A stretch of DNA of 64,000 nt, taken from contig NC_057718.1 of NCBI RefSeq assembly GCF_004010195.1, positions 74,719,403 through 74,783,402 on the forward strand, read 5' to 3'. The notes beneath the pieces are model-generated. The model was given only the letters and a program-made list of their open reading frames with translations, searched no databases and was not told the origin of the DNA. The stretch is from Chiloscyllium plagiosum. Its lineage: Eukaryota. Shown one piece after another: positions 12,650-26,929 of the stretch (positions within the stretch are counted from its first letter, which is position 1; every line of letters starts with the position of its first letter). Both the position numbers and the translations under genes were made by a program.

Positions 12650-14296
12650 CTGGGAAAGTACATGTGTTGCAGGTCACGAAGAACATGGCATAGTTTTTCG
12701 GCTCCTGGGAAGTACTGGACAACAAAGGGTACCCTGTCAGTTGCAGCACGTGCCTGTCTCCTGAGGAGGTCATTACAGTTCCTTGCTGTGGCACATTGGA
12801 ACTGGCAGTCGATGAGTTGGGCATCGAACCCCATTCTTATGAGGGCATCCCTGAGTACTTCCATGTGCCCATCATGTTCCTCCTCATCTGAACAGATCCA
12901 GTGTACACATAGGGCTTGTCCATAGGGGATGGCTGTTTAAATATGTTTTGGGTGGAAGCTGGAGAAGTGTAGCATTGTGAGGTCGTCTGTGGGTTTGCGG
13001 TAGGGGATGGTGCTGAGGTGTCCATCCTTAATGGAGATGCATGCATCCAAGAATGAGGCAGATAGCAGAGAGTAGTCCATGGTGAGTTTGATGGTGGGAT
13101 GAAACTTGTTGATATAATTGTGGAGTTTTATCAATGACTCCTCGTCATGGGTCCAGAGGAAGAAAATGTCATCAATGTACCTGGTGTATAATGTTGGTTG
13201 GAGGTCCTGCGTAGAGAAGAAGTCTTGTTCAAACCTGTGCATGAAATTGTTGGCACATTGGGGTGCAAATTTGGTCCTCATGGCTGTTCCATGTGTCTGC
13301 ATGAAGAACTGGTTGTCAAAGATGAAGATGTTATGATTGAGGATAAAGTGGATGAGTTGTAGGAGGGTGTTCAGAGATTGGCAGTTGTTGGTGTTGAGTA
13401 CTGAGGCTGTTGCCGCAATGCCATCATTGTGGGTGATGCTGGTGTTAAAGTGCTGAAACATCCGTTGTGACGAGGAATGTTCCTGGTTTGATTGGTCCAT
13501 GGCTGCTGAGTTTTTAAGAAATCCGTAGTGTCGCGATAGAAGCTGGGGATCCCCTGTACAATGGGTTTCAAGATGTCTTCAACATAGCAGGAAAGATTCT
13601 CACACAGGGTCCCATTGATACGATGGGACATCCTGGTGTATTGGCTTTGTGTATCTTTGGAAGGCAATAGAAGTCACCTATGCGAGAAGTACGTGGGATG
13701 AGGGAGCGTAGGGTATTCTGAAGGAGTGGATCCAAAGTCCTTATCAATGTGTTTAATTCACAGGTGTGCTCTTTAGTCGGATCAGCTGTTAGTTGCCTTT
13801 AGTGTTCCTGATTGTTCAGTTGTTGGTACACTTCCTTGCAATAATCTGTTCTATTCTGAATGACGATGGCTTCTCCTTTATCTGCTGATTTGATGACAAT
13901 GTTGTGATTTGTTGTGATTGGTTTTGAGAGCATGGATGGTGTTGCATTGTGAATGGGTGATGTTTTGCTCTACTTTGTGGGTAAAGCACAGGAGGCTAAC
14001 ACCTTCAACATCTTATCTGGCCTGACACCAATTGTTACAGTTAACCTGAGAATGTAACTTTTAAAAAAAAGTTTTGTGATTTACATATGAAAGAAGTGAA
14101 ACTACCATGGTCATTCTAACAGATAAGAGACTTAAACAATCAAGGTATTTTTCAATGTATAGTTTCAGTTACATAACACTATAAACTTTTGCTATAAATT
14201 CTGTGTCTCCACAACCACCTGATGAAGGAGCAGTACTCCGAAAGCTAGTGCTTCCAATTAATGTTGGACTATAACCTGGTGTTGTGTGATTTTTAA
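12650..14296 (-). mobile_element. Penelope-like element (second family) with inverted terminus
   Basis: HGTAMRTKFAP, RYIDDIFFLW, FHPTIKLT, YRKPTD..TMLHFSSFHPKH; the terminal segment ~14010-14296 carries a plus-strand hammerhead. Confidence 0.85.
14216..14250 (+). ncRNA. minimal type I hammerhead ribozyme motif (intact, family 2)
   Basis: cac-CUGAUGA-a-GGAG(cagua)CUCC-GAA-AGCU-A-gug; palindromic stem III AGCU; stem I cac/gug. Confidence 0.82.
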
Positions 14297-15530
14297 CATC
14301 ATAGAGCAGGTGAAGGATAGTGACAAACTTCCTGGTGCAACCAAAGTAGAGAAGCATTTCATGATGCTTCCCAAATGACAGTGTCAAAGATCTTTGTAAG
14401 GTCGAAGGCGGCCATGAACAGGGGTAGGTTCTTTTCCCTGCATTTCTCCTACAATTGTCCATTGTGCCTCTCCATGGTCAAAAGCCACATTGCAATTCTG
14501 GGAGTAGTTCTTCAGCTACAGGGAAGAGACGGTTGAAGACAACCTTGGCAATGACTTTTCAGATGGTCACTACAGGTCACTCCTGTAGTGACCAAAGTCA
14601 GACTGTTCCTTTTTTTTAGAAAATGCTCACAACTGTGGCATCTCTGAGCTTTCCTGGAAATCTCTCCCTTTTCATGATAAGACAGACAATCGCATGTAGC
14701 TTCAGCAGGAGCTCTTTGCCTCTGCATTTTAATGCCTCAGTGGACATACTGTCTGCTCCAGCAGTCTTCTTGCTCTTAAGCTAGCAGATGGCCTTCTCTA
14801 CTTCAGCAGGGCTGGGGTGTTGCTGAAGTTGTGACATGTAGCTTGCTGTGGGATATGTTCAAGGATGCTCGGATCTATAACAGAGCTCTAGTTGAGAAAG
14901 TCTCTGAAGTGTTCCTCCAGTGGTTGTTTGATGACTTCTTTATATTTGCTAAGAGTTATTTTGTCCATGGCCAGTAGTGGGATGGGGCTTTTGGCGTTTG
15001 GTCCATATGCATTCTTGACAGCACAGAAGAAACCATACATATCGTGGTTGCCCGTCATTCATTATGCTTCCAGTGCTTTTTCTATCCACTACATGTTCTT
15101 TATGTCGCGGGTTTGTTTTTGGGCCTCAGTCACATATAGGCCTGTCTTTTCTCTTCTGAGTGTAGTTGTCATTTTAAGGCATCCACTTCCAGCTTAACAG
15201 TTCTTGGATCTCCTGACCATTCTCATCAAACCAGTTTTAGAGCTTCCTGATTGAGTGGCTGACTGGATTTTTTTGTAGAAATTGATGATGATGGTCTTAA
15301 GGGCAGACCAAAGGCTGTTGGGATTCAGTGATGCAGTGTCGCCGAGGGACGCTAGGTTTATGGAGAGGAGTTGGCCGTATGAGGCAATTTTTTTACGGGT
15401 ATTTTAATTCCTCAATGTTGAACTTTTTGCAGCATTGCTTCTGTTGTCTCCACTGCACCGAGGCTATATTTATGATTGAACCTGGTTTGGATCAGGCAAT
15501 GGTCCATCCAGCTGTAGTCGGCTCCTGTCA
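14297..15530 (-). mobile_element. RTE-clade LINE fragment
   Basis: Decayed motifs WFDEN, VKNAYGP, LPELQCGF, EKCRE, FDLTK.FD, GC.RKFV.IL. Confidence 0.7.
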
Positions 15531-15859
15531 TGATGATTTTAAAATCTTTCCGATCGCTTGCTCTAAACAACATTTAGCCTTGGGCTGATAAGTGATAAAC
15601 ATACACTGCCAACAAAAAAGAATCAAAACATCACCCTTGACATTGAATAGCATTACTATTGCTAAATCCCCACTGACACCATACTGGGGATTACTATTGA
15701 CCAGAAATTGAACTGGATCAGCTATATAAATAAATAATGAGGCTACAAGAGCAGTACAAAGGCTATAAATTCCTGTCGCTCCAGTTCTTTTTCACCTATA
15801 AGCCACCAGTCAAGAGTCTTTTGGGTTACTGTCACTTGTCTAGATGAGTGCTATAATAA

Positions 15860-17450
15860 GGTTACAAAGTAGTGGTGTATATGATGATGCAACTGTGACA
15901 TCAGCAGTCATGTGCTAGATTCTGCAAATGAGGAATGGATAATCTTTTGCAAAGAAACTGTACTGCCTCACAGTTTATAGTGTATGACAGTCAAAATATA
16001 ACGAATAAATAAAAGGAGTTAGGCAGAAACCTACCAAAATCCGACTTTTGTCACTCTTAGGAAGACGAAGCTTTCCAAATATATATCAGGCCATGAGTTA
16101 TCTGAAGAGAGGTTCACATAAGATCCAAAAGTGGAACCAAACCAAAAACACAAGTACTAACAGTGGTGACACCAATTTAACAATAGTTTAGTAGTGTCAA
16201 CAGAATCCACAAGGTAGAAATCAACCTTCTTCTACTGAAGAAAGCATTAGAAAACAAGTACACTGAAAATCAGAAGTGATGTTAAAAGACATAAGCAACA
16301 ATTAAGTGCAGTCCTGTATGCAATGCAATCTGCTGCAGATGACACCTTCATGAGTCGGGACAGAATAGACCTCTTTGAAACCATCCTAAACGCATCTGAT
16401 GCATGCCTCAGATGAAAGTGGAACTTTGTACAACTCAATTGGAGATTTCAAAGGCTACGGGAGTCCATTGAATTGTTGTTTATCAATCTACATTTTTTTT
16501 TAGATTACTTATAGTGTGAAAACAGGCCCTTAGGCCCAACAAGTCCACACCGACCTGCCGACGTGCAACCCACCACACCCATACATTTACCCCTTCACCT
16601 AACACTACGAGCAATTTAGCATGGCCAATTCACCTGACCTGCACATCTTTGGACTGTGGGAGGAAACTGGAGCACCCAGACGAAATTCATGCAGACACGG
16701 GGAGAATGTGCAAACTCCACACAGTCAGTCGCCTGAGGCGGGAATTGAACGCAGGTCTCTGGCGCTGTGAGGCAGCAGTGCTAACCACTGTGCCACCGTG
16801 CCGCCCACAGCAGCTTTTGAGGATATGGAGCATTGATAAACTAATTTATTAATAACCGAATCACAGTTGAAGTACACAGATTTTTGCAACAAACAAAGAT
16901 CTAATACTCAAGTGGTCATGTACAGGAGGAACACCAAACAAAGGACACAAAATTAGTATACAATCTGTCGAAACATCCAGCCTTTTAGTGAATCCAATGT
17001 TTGGATAGGACCAAAAGCATCCACTCAAAAGCCTCCCCAATAAAGTGCTCAAGTTGCAGATCCAGCAACACAAAAGGCAAGACTATTCAGAATGGGGCTC
17101 AGAATGTTCCCATGCAAAAAGACAGGCCACTGCAAATAGTTGTGCAAATCAAAACATACAAGGAAAAAAAGCAAGAAAATATACTTGGAAAAACAGAAAG
17201 TCCAGGAAACTGATGGTGAAGAAGAGATGAGAATTAGATTTCACAAGTAAAAAATCAAAAACTGGATATTCAATAACTTTTTGAGTTAATGGATTTAAAT
17301 TTGTCAGTGGCATAATGGTACAGCACTGACTGCTCACTTGGAAAAGCAGAAGATATCTAAGAAATAAACTTCAAGGTCCAGGTAGCACAAATGTACAAAT
17401 AAGAAGTCAGATATCTACCACACTTAGCCTGAGAATAGCCTCAAAAAGCT
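15860..17450 (+). mobile_element. degenerate Gypsy-like LTR element remnant (LTR + gag)
   Basis: AATAAA-containing LTR-like 5' part; decayed gag zinc-knuckle WGSECSH..KTGH...C near 17090-17145. Confidence 0.5.
16495..16806 (-). mobile_element. HE1/V-SINE
   Basis: tRNA-like head ggcggcacggtggcacagtggttagcactgctgcctcacagc, V-domain, aatct tail. Confidence 0.88.
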
Positions 17451-17529
17451 AGAGTTTATTGGGACTCTATATTTTGCAATCTCAAATATGACCTTTGCTA
17501 AGCGAAAACAAACATACAGCCAGGACTTT

Positions 17530-18100
17530 TGGAACGAGGAAACAAATATCTAGGAATACTGTGTGGTAACAGCATCTCCTGACCCGCAAAGCCTGTTCAT
17601 CATATAAAAGACATAGGTCAGGAGTGTGATCCCCACTTGCCTGGATGAGTGCAGCTCCAACAATACTCAAGAATCTTGACACCATCCAAGAGAAAGCAGC
17701 CCGCTTCACAGGAACCACATCAACAAGCATCCACTCCCCTCACCACCAATGCTCCATAGCAGCAGTGTGTACGACCTACATGATGCACTTCAGAAATTCA
17801 CCAAAGATTCTTAGACAGCATCTTCCAATCACATGACCATTTACATTTCGAAGGTCAAGAGCAGTACATACATGGGAAAACCACCACCTGCAAGTTCCTC
17901 TTCAAACTACTCACCAACCTGACTTGGAAATATATTATCATACCTTCATTATCGCTGCATCAAAATCTTGGAATCCTTTCCCCGAAGGACATTCTGGATC
18001 CACCTACAGCACACAGACTGCAGTGGTTCAAGAAATTAGTTCACCAGCATCTTCTCAGGAGCATCTACTGCCAGGCAATAAATGCTGACCAACCAGCAAT
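17530..18100 (+). mobile_element. LINE (CR1/L2 group) 3' fragment
   Basis: WMSAAPT.LK.LDTIQ.KAAR; related pieces at 15580-15850, 52730-53030 and 58150-58250. Confidence 0.6.
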
Positions 18101-18182
18101 GTTGGTTATGCCCGAAACGTCGATTCTCCTGTTCCTTGGATGCTGCCTGACCTGCTGCGCTTTTCCAGCAACACATTTTCAG

Positions 18183-19995
18183 CAAGAATTAGAAAGCCTA
18201 AAAGGGGCCATGAAATATTCTTGGCAAGTAAATTAAGGAGAATCCCAAGGTATATTATGTGTAAAATAGGAGCAAGAGAGTGGTTGGAGAAAGGATACAT
18301 TCTCTCAAGGACAAAGGAGAGAACTAATGCGTGGAGCCAGAGAAAGTGGGTGAGGTCCTTAATCAGTACTTTGCATCAGTATTCACCAGGAATGGCATGG
18401 ACTAATATTAGGGAGGAGTATGTTGATATTCTAAGGCACGCCAATATTAAGGAGGAGGTGGTGGTGGTAATGGGTGTTGTGAAAATCATAAGGTAGATAA
18501 GTGCCCAGAGAATGTTGAGATCTGAAAGAGGCAGTGGCGGAGATTGCTAGTGCCTTGCCAGAGATCTCTGTTTCTTTTTTAGCCAGAGACAAGGTTCCAG
18601 AACACTGGAAAATAGCCAATATTGCTCCTTTGTTTAAGAAGGGCAATAGGGATAATCCAGGAAACTACAGATGGGTAAGCTTTACATCAGTGGTAGGGAA
18701 ATTATCGGAGATTCTTAGGGACAGATTTACTCGCTTTGGAAAAGAATGGACTTATTGGGGATGGTCAGCATATCTTTATGAGGAGAGATCATGTCTCACA
18801 ATTCGACTGATTTCTTTGTGGAAGTAACAAAGATGATTGAAGAAGATAGGGCAGTGATTGTAGTCTACATGGACTTTAATAAAGGTGCCTCATGATAGGC
18901 TGGTCTGGAAGATTAAGTCACATGGGATCTATAGCAAGTTGGATATAAAATTGGCTTGGCAATAGAAGACAGAAGGTAGTTGTGGAAGGGTGTTTTTCTA
19001 ACTCGAGGTGTGTGACATGATGTTCTATACTGATCAGTGTTGAGCCCTCTGTTGCTTGTAATTTTATAAATGATTTGGATGTAAATGTAGGTGGTTTGAT
19101 CTAGCATCTGCAGTCCTCACTTTCTCCTAGGTGATTTGATTAGCAAGTTCAATTGGTGAAGTTGGGGAAAGTGAGGAATGTTGTCAAAGGATACAGATGG
19201 TCATAGGCCAGTTGGAAAGTTGGGTAGAAAAATGGCAAATGAAGTTTAATCTGAGCAACCATGAAATGATGCATTTTGGGAGGTCAAATGCAAGAGAAAA
19301 GTATCCAGACCCTGAGGAGCATTGATACATAAAGGGATCTTGAGGTGTAATGCTCCCTGAAAGTGACAACACAAGTGTTAAGGTGGTCAAGAAGGGATTC
19401 TTGCCTTCATTGGTCAGGGCATTGAGTACAAAAGTTAGCAAATTGTGTTGCAGCCATAGAAAACTTTATTCAGGCCATATTTGGAGTACAGTATGCAGTT
19501 CTGGTTACCACACGAGAGAAGACTGTGGAGGTTTTGGAGAAGGTGCAAAAGTGGTTTAATAGGATGTGACCTGTAAGGAGTGGTTGGATTGGATTGTTTT
19601 TGCTAGAGCATTGGAGGCTGAGGACCTGATAGAAATATATAAAATTATGAGAGATATAGATGGGGTAGACATTCAGAATCTGTTTTCTAGGGTGGAAATG
19701 TCAAATACTAAGGGAATAGGTTTTAGGTAAGAGGGGAAAGTTTTAAGGCATTGTGTGAGGAAAAGTTTCTCTTACCCAAAGGATGGTAGGTGCCTGGAAC
19801 AGCTGCCAGGGGGATGATAGAAGCAGATATAATATATAGTACAAGCGGCATTAACAGACACATGAACAGACAGGGAGGGAATAGAGGATACAGTACATAT
19901 GCAGACAGATGGGATTTGTTTTGAATGGCACCATGCATGCCAAAGACATAGTGGGACAAAGGGGCTGTCATGTGCTGTACTATTCTAATGTTCTA
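18183..19995 (+). mobile_element. CR1 LINE RT fragment with 3' tail
   Basis: WKIANIAPLFKKGNRDNPGNYR, YMDF.K; ends in ttcta repeats. Confidence 0.85.
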
Positions 19996-21264
19996 ATTCT
20001 AAACTACCTCAATTCTTCACAAAAAAAACTGGTTAAAAATCTAATCTTCAGAAGGATTTTTGCAAACTGAAACCAAAAGGCTTTCTAAGCTTGGGATATT
20101 GTCCCCAAGCGAAAAACAAATAAACCTCTCTGACTAAAAGACTAATACTCTTCAATGTTTACTTTGTTCGAAAAAAAACTTTCCCAATACAAGGAAATTG
20201 TCATGAACGCTCCCCGATACCATGTACCATTTTTTTTGTTCAAAAATTATGGCTGTAGAAAACCTGACTGGCATTGAATCCTTTTTAAACACAGATAAAA
20301 ACCCACATGGCACTAATTCAAAACTCAAATGAATGTTATTATAATATGTAAATTGCATATCTTACATTAGACTTCCCCACAAGGAAAAATGAAATTGGAT
20401 CTCAAAATTTAACTGAATACAACTGCTATGTAAATTTAGCATTAGTAATACACTGACCCACAACTGAATCCCTATAATGCCTCCTGATTATTATTCCAAA
20501 CCAGTTTACAATAACTCTCACTCCAAGACCAGAAGCAACAAACCATCTGAGACTTTTAATTCTGCTTAAAAAGTATGCTAATTACTGAATCCCCTTCAAA
20601 GTCCACATTAACTTCCCCATCTTACAGACTCCTCCCCCGACCCCAGCCCCTACCACACAATGGACAGTCCCTTGTTGCAATGTGCCATGGGTCTGTACCC
20701 TTATTGTTCCTATCCCTCACAGGTAAGAGTTAAACAGTAATTATTGGACAGGATCAGTTTTTATGGTTCCTTGTTCTTACCTAAGTTCTTCTCACCACAT
20801 CTCTAAGCAGTGTTGCAACTTTGTTCCAAACGGTCCAGAAACTGCTCCCCTTCTTTTATGAATCAAAATGTGTCCAACTCTCTGTCCAGCTTAATGGATC
20901 TGAGTTGGAGAGATTCAAGACGAAGATACCCGCTTCAGATAATCATTCATTCAAAGGACTCATTCACTCAAAGTTCACAACTCCCACATGCTGCAAACTA
21001 GTCATGCAATCAATTCTGCCATCTCAGTCCATTTATTTACATTACTTATATCGACTTCTTAGCTTATTAAAAAAATTTCTTAAACAATGGCTTGTTGTAA
21101 TCACTGGGTAGACACTTTAAATACTTACTGCCTCAGCTCCATAAGAAGTGAGGTGAAAACAAGAACCTCCATTAAGGTATGTCATAACATCTCTGATCAG
21201 ATTTTTAAAAATATATAATTGTATATATCAAGAAAGCAATATTCAGCACATTTACAAAATAAAT

Positions 21265-23822
21265 ACCCTGAGGAACCATTAGGAGGCAGTGATCATATGA
21301 TTGAATTTACTCTGCAATTGAGAGGGAGAAGATAGAATCAGAGGTAACGCTATTACAACTGAATAAAGGTAACTACAGCAGCATGAGGGAGGAGCTGGGT
21401 AGAATTGCCTGGGAGAGGAGCCTAATAGAAAAGACAGTGGAATTGCAATGGCAGGAATTTTTGTGAGTAATTCACGAGATACAGAAGAGATTTATCCCAA
21501 GGAAAAAGAAGCATGGTATAGGGAAGATGAGGCAATCATGGCTGACTAGAGAAGTCAGGGATCGCATAAAAGCAAAACAGAAAGCATATAATGTTACGAA
21601 GGGCAGTGGGAAACCAGATGATTGGGAAGCTTACAAAGAGAGCGACAAAAAAAGAAATAAGGAGGGAGAAGATTAAATATGTGGGTAAGCTAGCCAGTAA
21701 TATAAAAGACTGTAAGAGTTTCTTTAGCTATATAAAGGGCAAAAGAAAAGCAAATGTGGATATTGGACCACTGGAAAATGATGCTGGAGAGATAGTAGTG
21801 GGGAACAAGGAAATGGCTGAAGAACTCCACATCAGTCTTCACTGTGGAAGATAGTAGAAATATCCCAAACATTCATGAGTGTGAGGAGGCAGAGTTGAGT
21901 ATGATAGCCATCATTAAGGAGAAAGTGCTAGAAAAACTGAATGCCTGAAGGTGGATAAATCACCTGGATCAGATGGACTACACCCCAGAGTTCGAAGGGA
22001 GATAGCTGAAGAGTTAGTGGAGGCATTAGCGGTGGTCTTTCAGGAATCGCTAGAATCAGGGATAGTCCAGGAGGACTGGAAAATCACTTACATTATACCT
22101 CTGTTTAAAAAGGGAGTAAAGATGGAAAATTACAGATCAATTAGCCTAACTTCGGTTGTAGGTAAGATCCTGGATTCGATTGTGAAGGATGAGATTTCTG
22201 AATACTTGGAAGTATATAATAAAATAGGGCAAAGTTAGTATGGTTTCATCAAGGGGAGGTCATACCTGACAAATCTGCTAGAATTCTTTGAGGAAGTAAC
22301 GAGCAGGTTAGACCAAGGAGAGCCAATGGATGTTATCTACCTGGACATCAAGAAGGACTTTGACAAGGTGCCACACAGGAGGCTACTGAGTGAGATAACA
22401 GCCCATGGTATTATAGGCAAGGTACTATCATAAATAGAAGATTAGCTGTCTGGAAGAAAGAAGAGAGTGGAGATAAAAGGGTCCTTCTCAGGATTGCAGC
22501 TGGTGACAAGTGGTGTTCCACAAGGCTCAATTTTTCAATTTATACATTAACAATTTAGATGAAGGCATTCTGGCTAAGTTTGCAGACGATACAAAGTTAG
22601 GTAGAGGGACAGCTAGTATTGAGGAGGCAGAGATGCTATTGAAGGATTTGGACAGATTAGGAGAGAGAGCAGAAGTGGCAGATGGGGTACAATGTTTGCA
22701 GGCAGCATGGGGGCTGTGATTAGCATTGCTGCCTCACAGAGCCAGGGACCCGAATTTGATTCTAACCTCAGGTGAGTGTGTGTGGAGTTTGCACATTCTC
22801 TCCACGTCTGCGTGGGTTTCCTCCGAATGCTCTGGTTTCCACCCACAATCCAAAGATGTGCAGGTCAGGTGAATTGGCCAAGCTAGATTGCCCAAAGTGT
22901 TAGGTGCATTAGTCGGGGGTAAATGTAGGGGAAGAGGTCTGGGTGGGTTACTTTTCGGAGGGTCGGTGTAGACTTGTTGGACCAAAGGGCCTGTTTCCAC
23001 ACAGTAGGGAATCTAAAAGAAATTGGGAAAGTGTTTGTCATGCACTTTGGTATGAATAGAGGCATGGACTATTTTCTAAATGGGAGATAATTCAAAAGAC
23101 TGAAGTGTAAAAAGACTTGGGAGTTTTAGTTCAAGATTCTTTCAAGGTAACCTTGCAGATTGAGTCAGTAGTGAGGAAGGCAAATGCAATGGTGGCATTT
23201 ATTTTGAGAGGACTTGAATATAAAAGCAGGGGTGTATTTCTGAAGCTCTATAAGCCTCTGGTCAGACCACATTTGGAATATTGTGCACAGTTTTGGGCCC
23301 CATATCTCTAGAAGGATGCACTGGCCCTGGAGCATGTTCACAGGAGGTTCACAAGAATGGTCCCAGAAATGAAAAGCTTAACATATGAGGAACATTTGAG
23401 GATTGTGGATCTAAACTCGATTGAGTTTAGAAGGATGAGGGAGGATCTAATTGAAACTTACAGAATACTGAATCGCATAGACAGAGTGGATGTTGGGAAG
23501 ATGTTTCCATTGGTAGGAGAGACTAGGACCGAAGGGCACAGCCTTAGAGTAAAGGGAAGATGTTTTAGAAGGGAGATAAGGAGAAACTTCTTTAGCCAGA
23601 GAGTGGTGAATCTATGCAATTCACTTTCACAGAAGGCTGTTCAGCCAGACCATTGAGAGTATTTAAAACGGAGATAGATTGGTTCTTGCTTGTCAAGGGG
23701 ATCAAGGGTTACAGGGAGAAGGGAGGAGAATGGGGGTGAGAAACTTATCAGCCATGATCGAATGGCAGAGTAAATTCAATGGGGTGAATGGCTGAACTTC
23801 TGCTCCTATGTCTTATGGTCTT
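21265..23822 (+). mobile_element. CR1 LINE ORF2 fragment interrupted by a SINE
   Basis: KSPGSDGLHPR, AKFADDTKLG, LVRPHLEYCAQFWAP, RRNFFSQRVVNL; tail tatgtcttatggtctta. Confidence 0.9.
22700..23015 (+). mobile_element. HE1/V-SINE
   Basis: Same consensus as the other SINE copies. Confidence 0.85.
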
Positions 23823-24089
23823 ACCAAAGAGCTCTGGTGGTGCCCCTATCTCTGACTTTCTTCACTACCCCAACTCCCTGGGACTGTACTTCCAAGGAAC
23901 AATGAACCTGCACTCCATCGTCTTTACTGCTAGTGATTACTAACCAGCAGGCAGATTTGTCCCTAATTCCCAATGACTTGTTTATCTCGGGTTTCTTGAT
24001 GTCACACAGTGAAATGCTACTTTAGTGTCAAGTTAGTGTCCCTTATTTCTCTGAGTTCAGTTCTTTTTTGAACATGCAAAGTCTAAGCA

Positions 24090-25440
24090 GGAGTATGCCA
24101 TTCAGCCCCTCGAACAGGGTCTGCTCTTCTGTATAGGCATTGACAATAAAAGTTGTATAAAGTAAAAAAAATTCAATGAGCCCTATCTCCTGAAGCTAGA
24201 GAGTTCTGAAGTCGCATAATCATCTGTAAGAATAGTGTTCTCCTCGTTTCTGTCCTGACAGGAACATTCCTAAATTTTAAGCAGTGTCCCTCCAGTTCTT
24301 GATTCACTCCAAACATTCTTTCCTTGTTCGTCTTGTTAAAGCCATTCAGGCTCAATCAATCAATTTAATTCCAGTGGAATCAAATCCAGTCTGTCCTTCC
24401 TTTACTCATAAGGCAAACCACTCAACCCAGTAATCAATACACTTTGTATGAACCATTTCCAATGCATTTACACCTTTCCTTAAGTAAAGAAACCACAACA
24501 ACACACAATATTTGTGATGTGGTCTCACCAACATCCTATATAACCATACCACTGAATCCTTACCTTCATTTCAATTCCTTCTGTTATAATAAAGGATAGC
24601 ATTTCATTAACCTTATTAATTACTTACTGTTCCTGCGTACTAACATTTTTGTAACTCATGCAATAGAGCAAAATCTCTCTGTATCTTGAAAGACTATATT
24701 CATTGTCCATTTAAGTAATAGTCTAATTTTAGATTATTCCCATAAAATTGAACAACTTCATATTTCACTATATTCCATCCACCAATCTTCTTCTCATTCA
24801 CTCAACCTATCTACATTCAAGTACATTTTTGTTATGTTATCTTCGGAACATATTTATAATTCATTTTCAAGTCTTTTAGAAGCTTTCCAGCATCTGGCAT
24901 ATTTTGGAAGAGTATCAGTGAAATTATTACAACTTTATTACCCACATCTTTTCAGACTCTAGACTGAAGTCAAGTAGGAGAAAGTGAGGACTGCAGATGC
25001 TGGAGATTAGAGTCTAGTGTGGTGCTGGAAAAGCACAGCAGGTCAGACAGCATCTGAGGAGCAGGAGAATTGGCATTTCAGGCATAAGCCCTTCCTGATG
25101 AAGGGCTTATGCCCAAAACATTGATTCTCCTGCTCCTCGGATGCTGCCTGACCTGCTGTGCTTTTCCAGCACCACACTCTCGACTCTAGACTGAAGTCAT
25201 CAGAACCCAGAGACTTGTCAGCCCACAGTTCAATCAGTTGGCTCACTAGGGACTGTAAGTTTCTCTCTCTCTTTCATCTTCTGATTTAAAGCAGTTGCTG
25301 ATGGCTTTTTGTATAACCTCTATTGAGAAGAAAGAAATGAAATATTTATTCACTTCATCTGTCATTTCCTTATTATCTATCACTGACTCCCCATTCTTAT
25401 TCTCTAGAATGCCAACAGACACGGTGCTTACTCTTTTCCA
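24090..25440 (-). mobile_element. old CR1 fragment(s)
   Basis: Degenerate CR1 3' RT similarity (RTETRRTLFLQMIMRL). Confidence 0.6.
24973..25181. mobile_element. palindromic PLE-terminus insertion
   Basis: Inverted arms centred on the hammerhead segment; 18-bp TSD gactctagactgaagtca (24955-24972 / 25182-25199). Confidence 0.85.
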
Positions 25441-25764
25441 GTTTCAATATCTTGCTAAGATCCCAGCTTCAGGTACTACTGGGTAAGTCAGATTTGATTG
25501 AAACCAGGCTTGATAGGTGTAATTTTTTTTTGTTTGTTTTCATTAATGTGGGTGGGAAGTCACTGAAATACATTCTTTTACAGCTATAAATTCATTCCAC
25601 AAAAGAAAGAAAACCAACAAACTATACTACAGTTAGAAAGATCATCTCAAACATCTCAACAAAGTTTCAATTTCTTTTTCAACACTATCTGCTACAAAGA
25701 CTCAATCCAGAGAAATTAATCACCTACCTCAACTCAAATCACTCCTTCCATTTTTTCCTTTCAT

Positions 25765-26532
25765 AGAATCAGAGAAATCCCTACAGTGTGGAAGCAGACC
25801 ATTTTTCCATCAGGTCCAAACCAACCCTCTAAACAGCACCCACCCAGAACCGTGCCGCCCTCCCCCCACCCAACCTGAACCCTGCATTTCCCATGGCTAA
25901 TCCACCTAGCCAGCATCTCTCTGAACCCTATGGGCAATTTAGCATGACCAAAGGAGATTTACCAGAATGTTGCCTGTTATGGAGGGAAGGTTTTATGAGG
26001 AAAGTCTGAGGGACTTGAGGCAGTTTGTGTTAGAAGAAGGTTGAGCAGTGACTTAATAGAGACATACAGCTTCATCAGAGGTGGACAGTGAGAGCCTTTC
26101 TTCTCAGATGGGGATAGCTAGAATGAGGGGAGATACCTTTAAATTGAGGGGTGATAGATATAGGACAAATGTCAAAGGTAGGTTCTTTACTCAGAGAGTA
26201 GTAAGGGCATGGAATGTCCTGCCTGCAACAGTAGTAGACTTGCTAATTTTAAGGGCATTTAAATGGTCATTGGATAAACATATGGACAAGGATGGAATAG
26301 TGTAGGTTAGATGGGCTTCTAATTGGTTTCACAGGTCAGCATAACATCGAGGGCCAAGGGCATGTACTGTGCAGTGATGTTCTATGCTCAATCCAGGCAA
26401 CCTGCACATCTTTGAACTGTGGGAGGAAACCAGAGGCACTGGAGGAAACCCAAACAGACATAGGGAGAATTTGCAAACTCCCAACGATGGAATCAAACCC
26501 AGTCCCTGCTGCTGTGAGGCAACAGTGCTATG
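25765..26532 (-). mobile_element. V-SINE split by a plus-strand CR1 3' fragment (~25952-26386)
   Basis: SINE halves resume on each side; the insert is highly similar to the 3' end of the CR1 at 51750-52200. Confidence 0.75.
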
Positions 26533-26929
26533 CATTGAGACATTATGTGCTGTTCTTTCAAGAACTGTTAAGACAATTTTGTAATTTCAGTCTGAGTCTG
26601 GTGAAATTAACTTTTCCTATTCTGATGGCCTAGACATTTCCAATTCTAGCAATCTGAAGACTTCTATATCAAACTCTCTTGGCTTAGAAAACTTCACAAA
26701 CTAAAAACAAAACTGCTGCAGCGATATGTCTCCTCTGAAGAAATCTGAACTAAAACCTGATGGGTCAGAAAAGTTTTCTTCAAGGTCCATGTGCGGCAGC
26801 AACTTTTGAAAGTGAAAGTCAACACTGGGAATGGTTAGCACACTGATTATCGTGCGCAGACACTTAGAGGAAATGTTGGTTGCAACCTCTCCTTTTGGTT
26901 TTCCTTTTTAATAGGAATATACTTATTTC

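Noticed and set aside
20780..20960. Possible next MEI4 exon (strong minus-strand donor ag|gtaaga)
   Set aside because: The frames examined hit stops near the donor and show no resemblance to the expected MEI4 C-terminal part.
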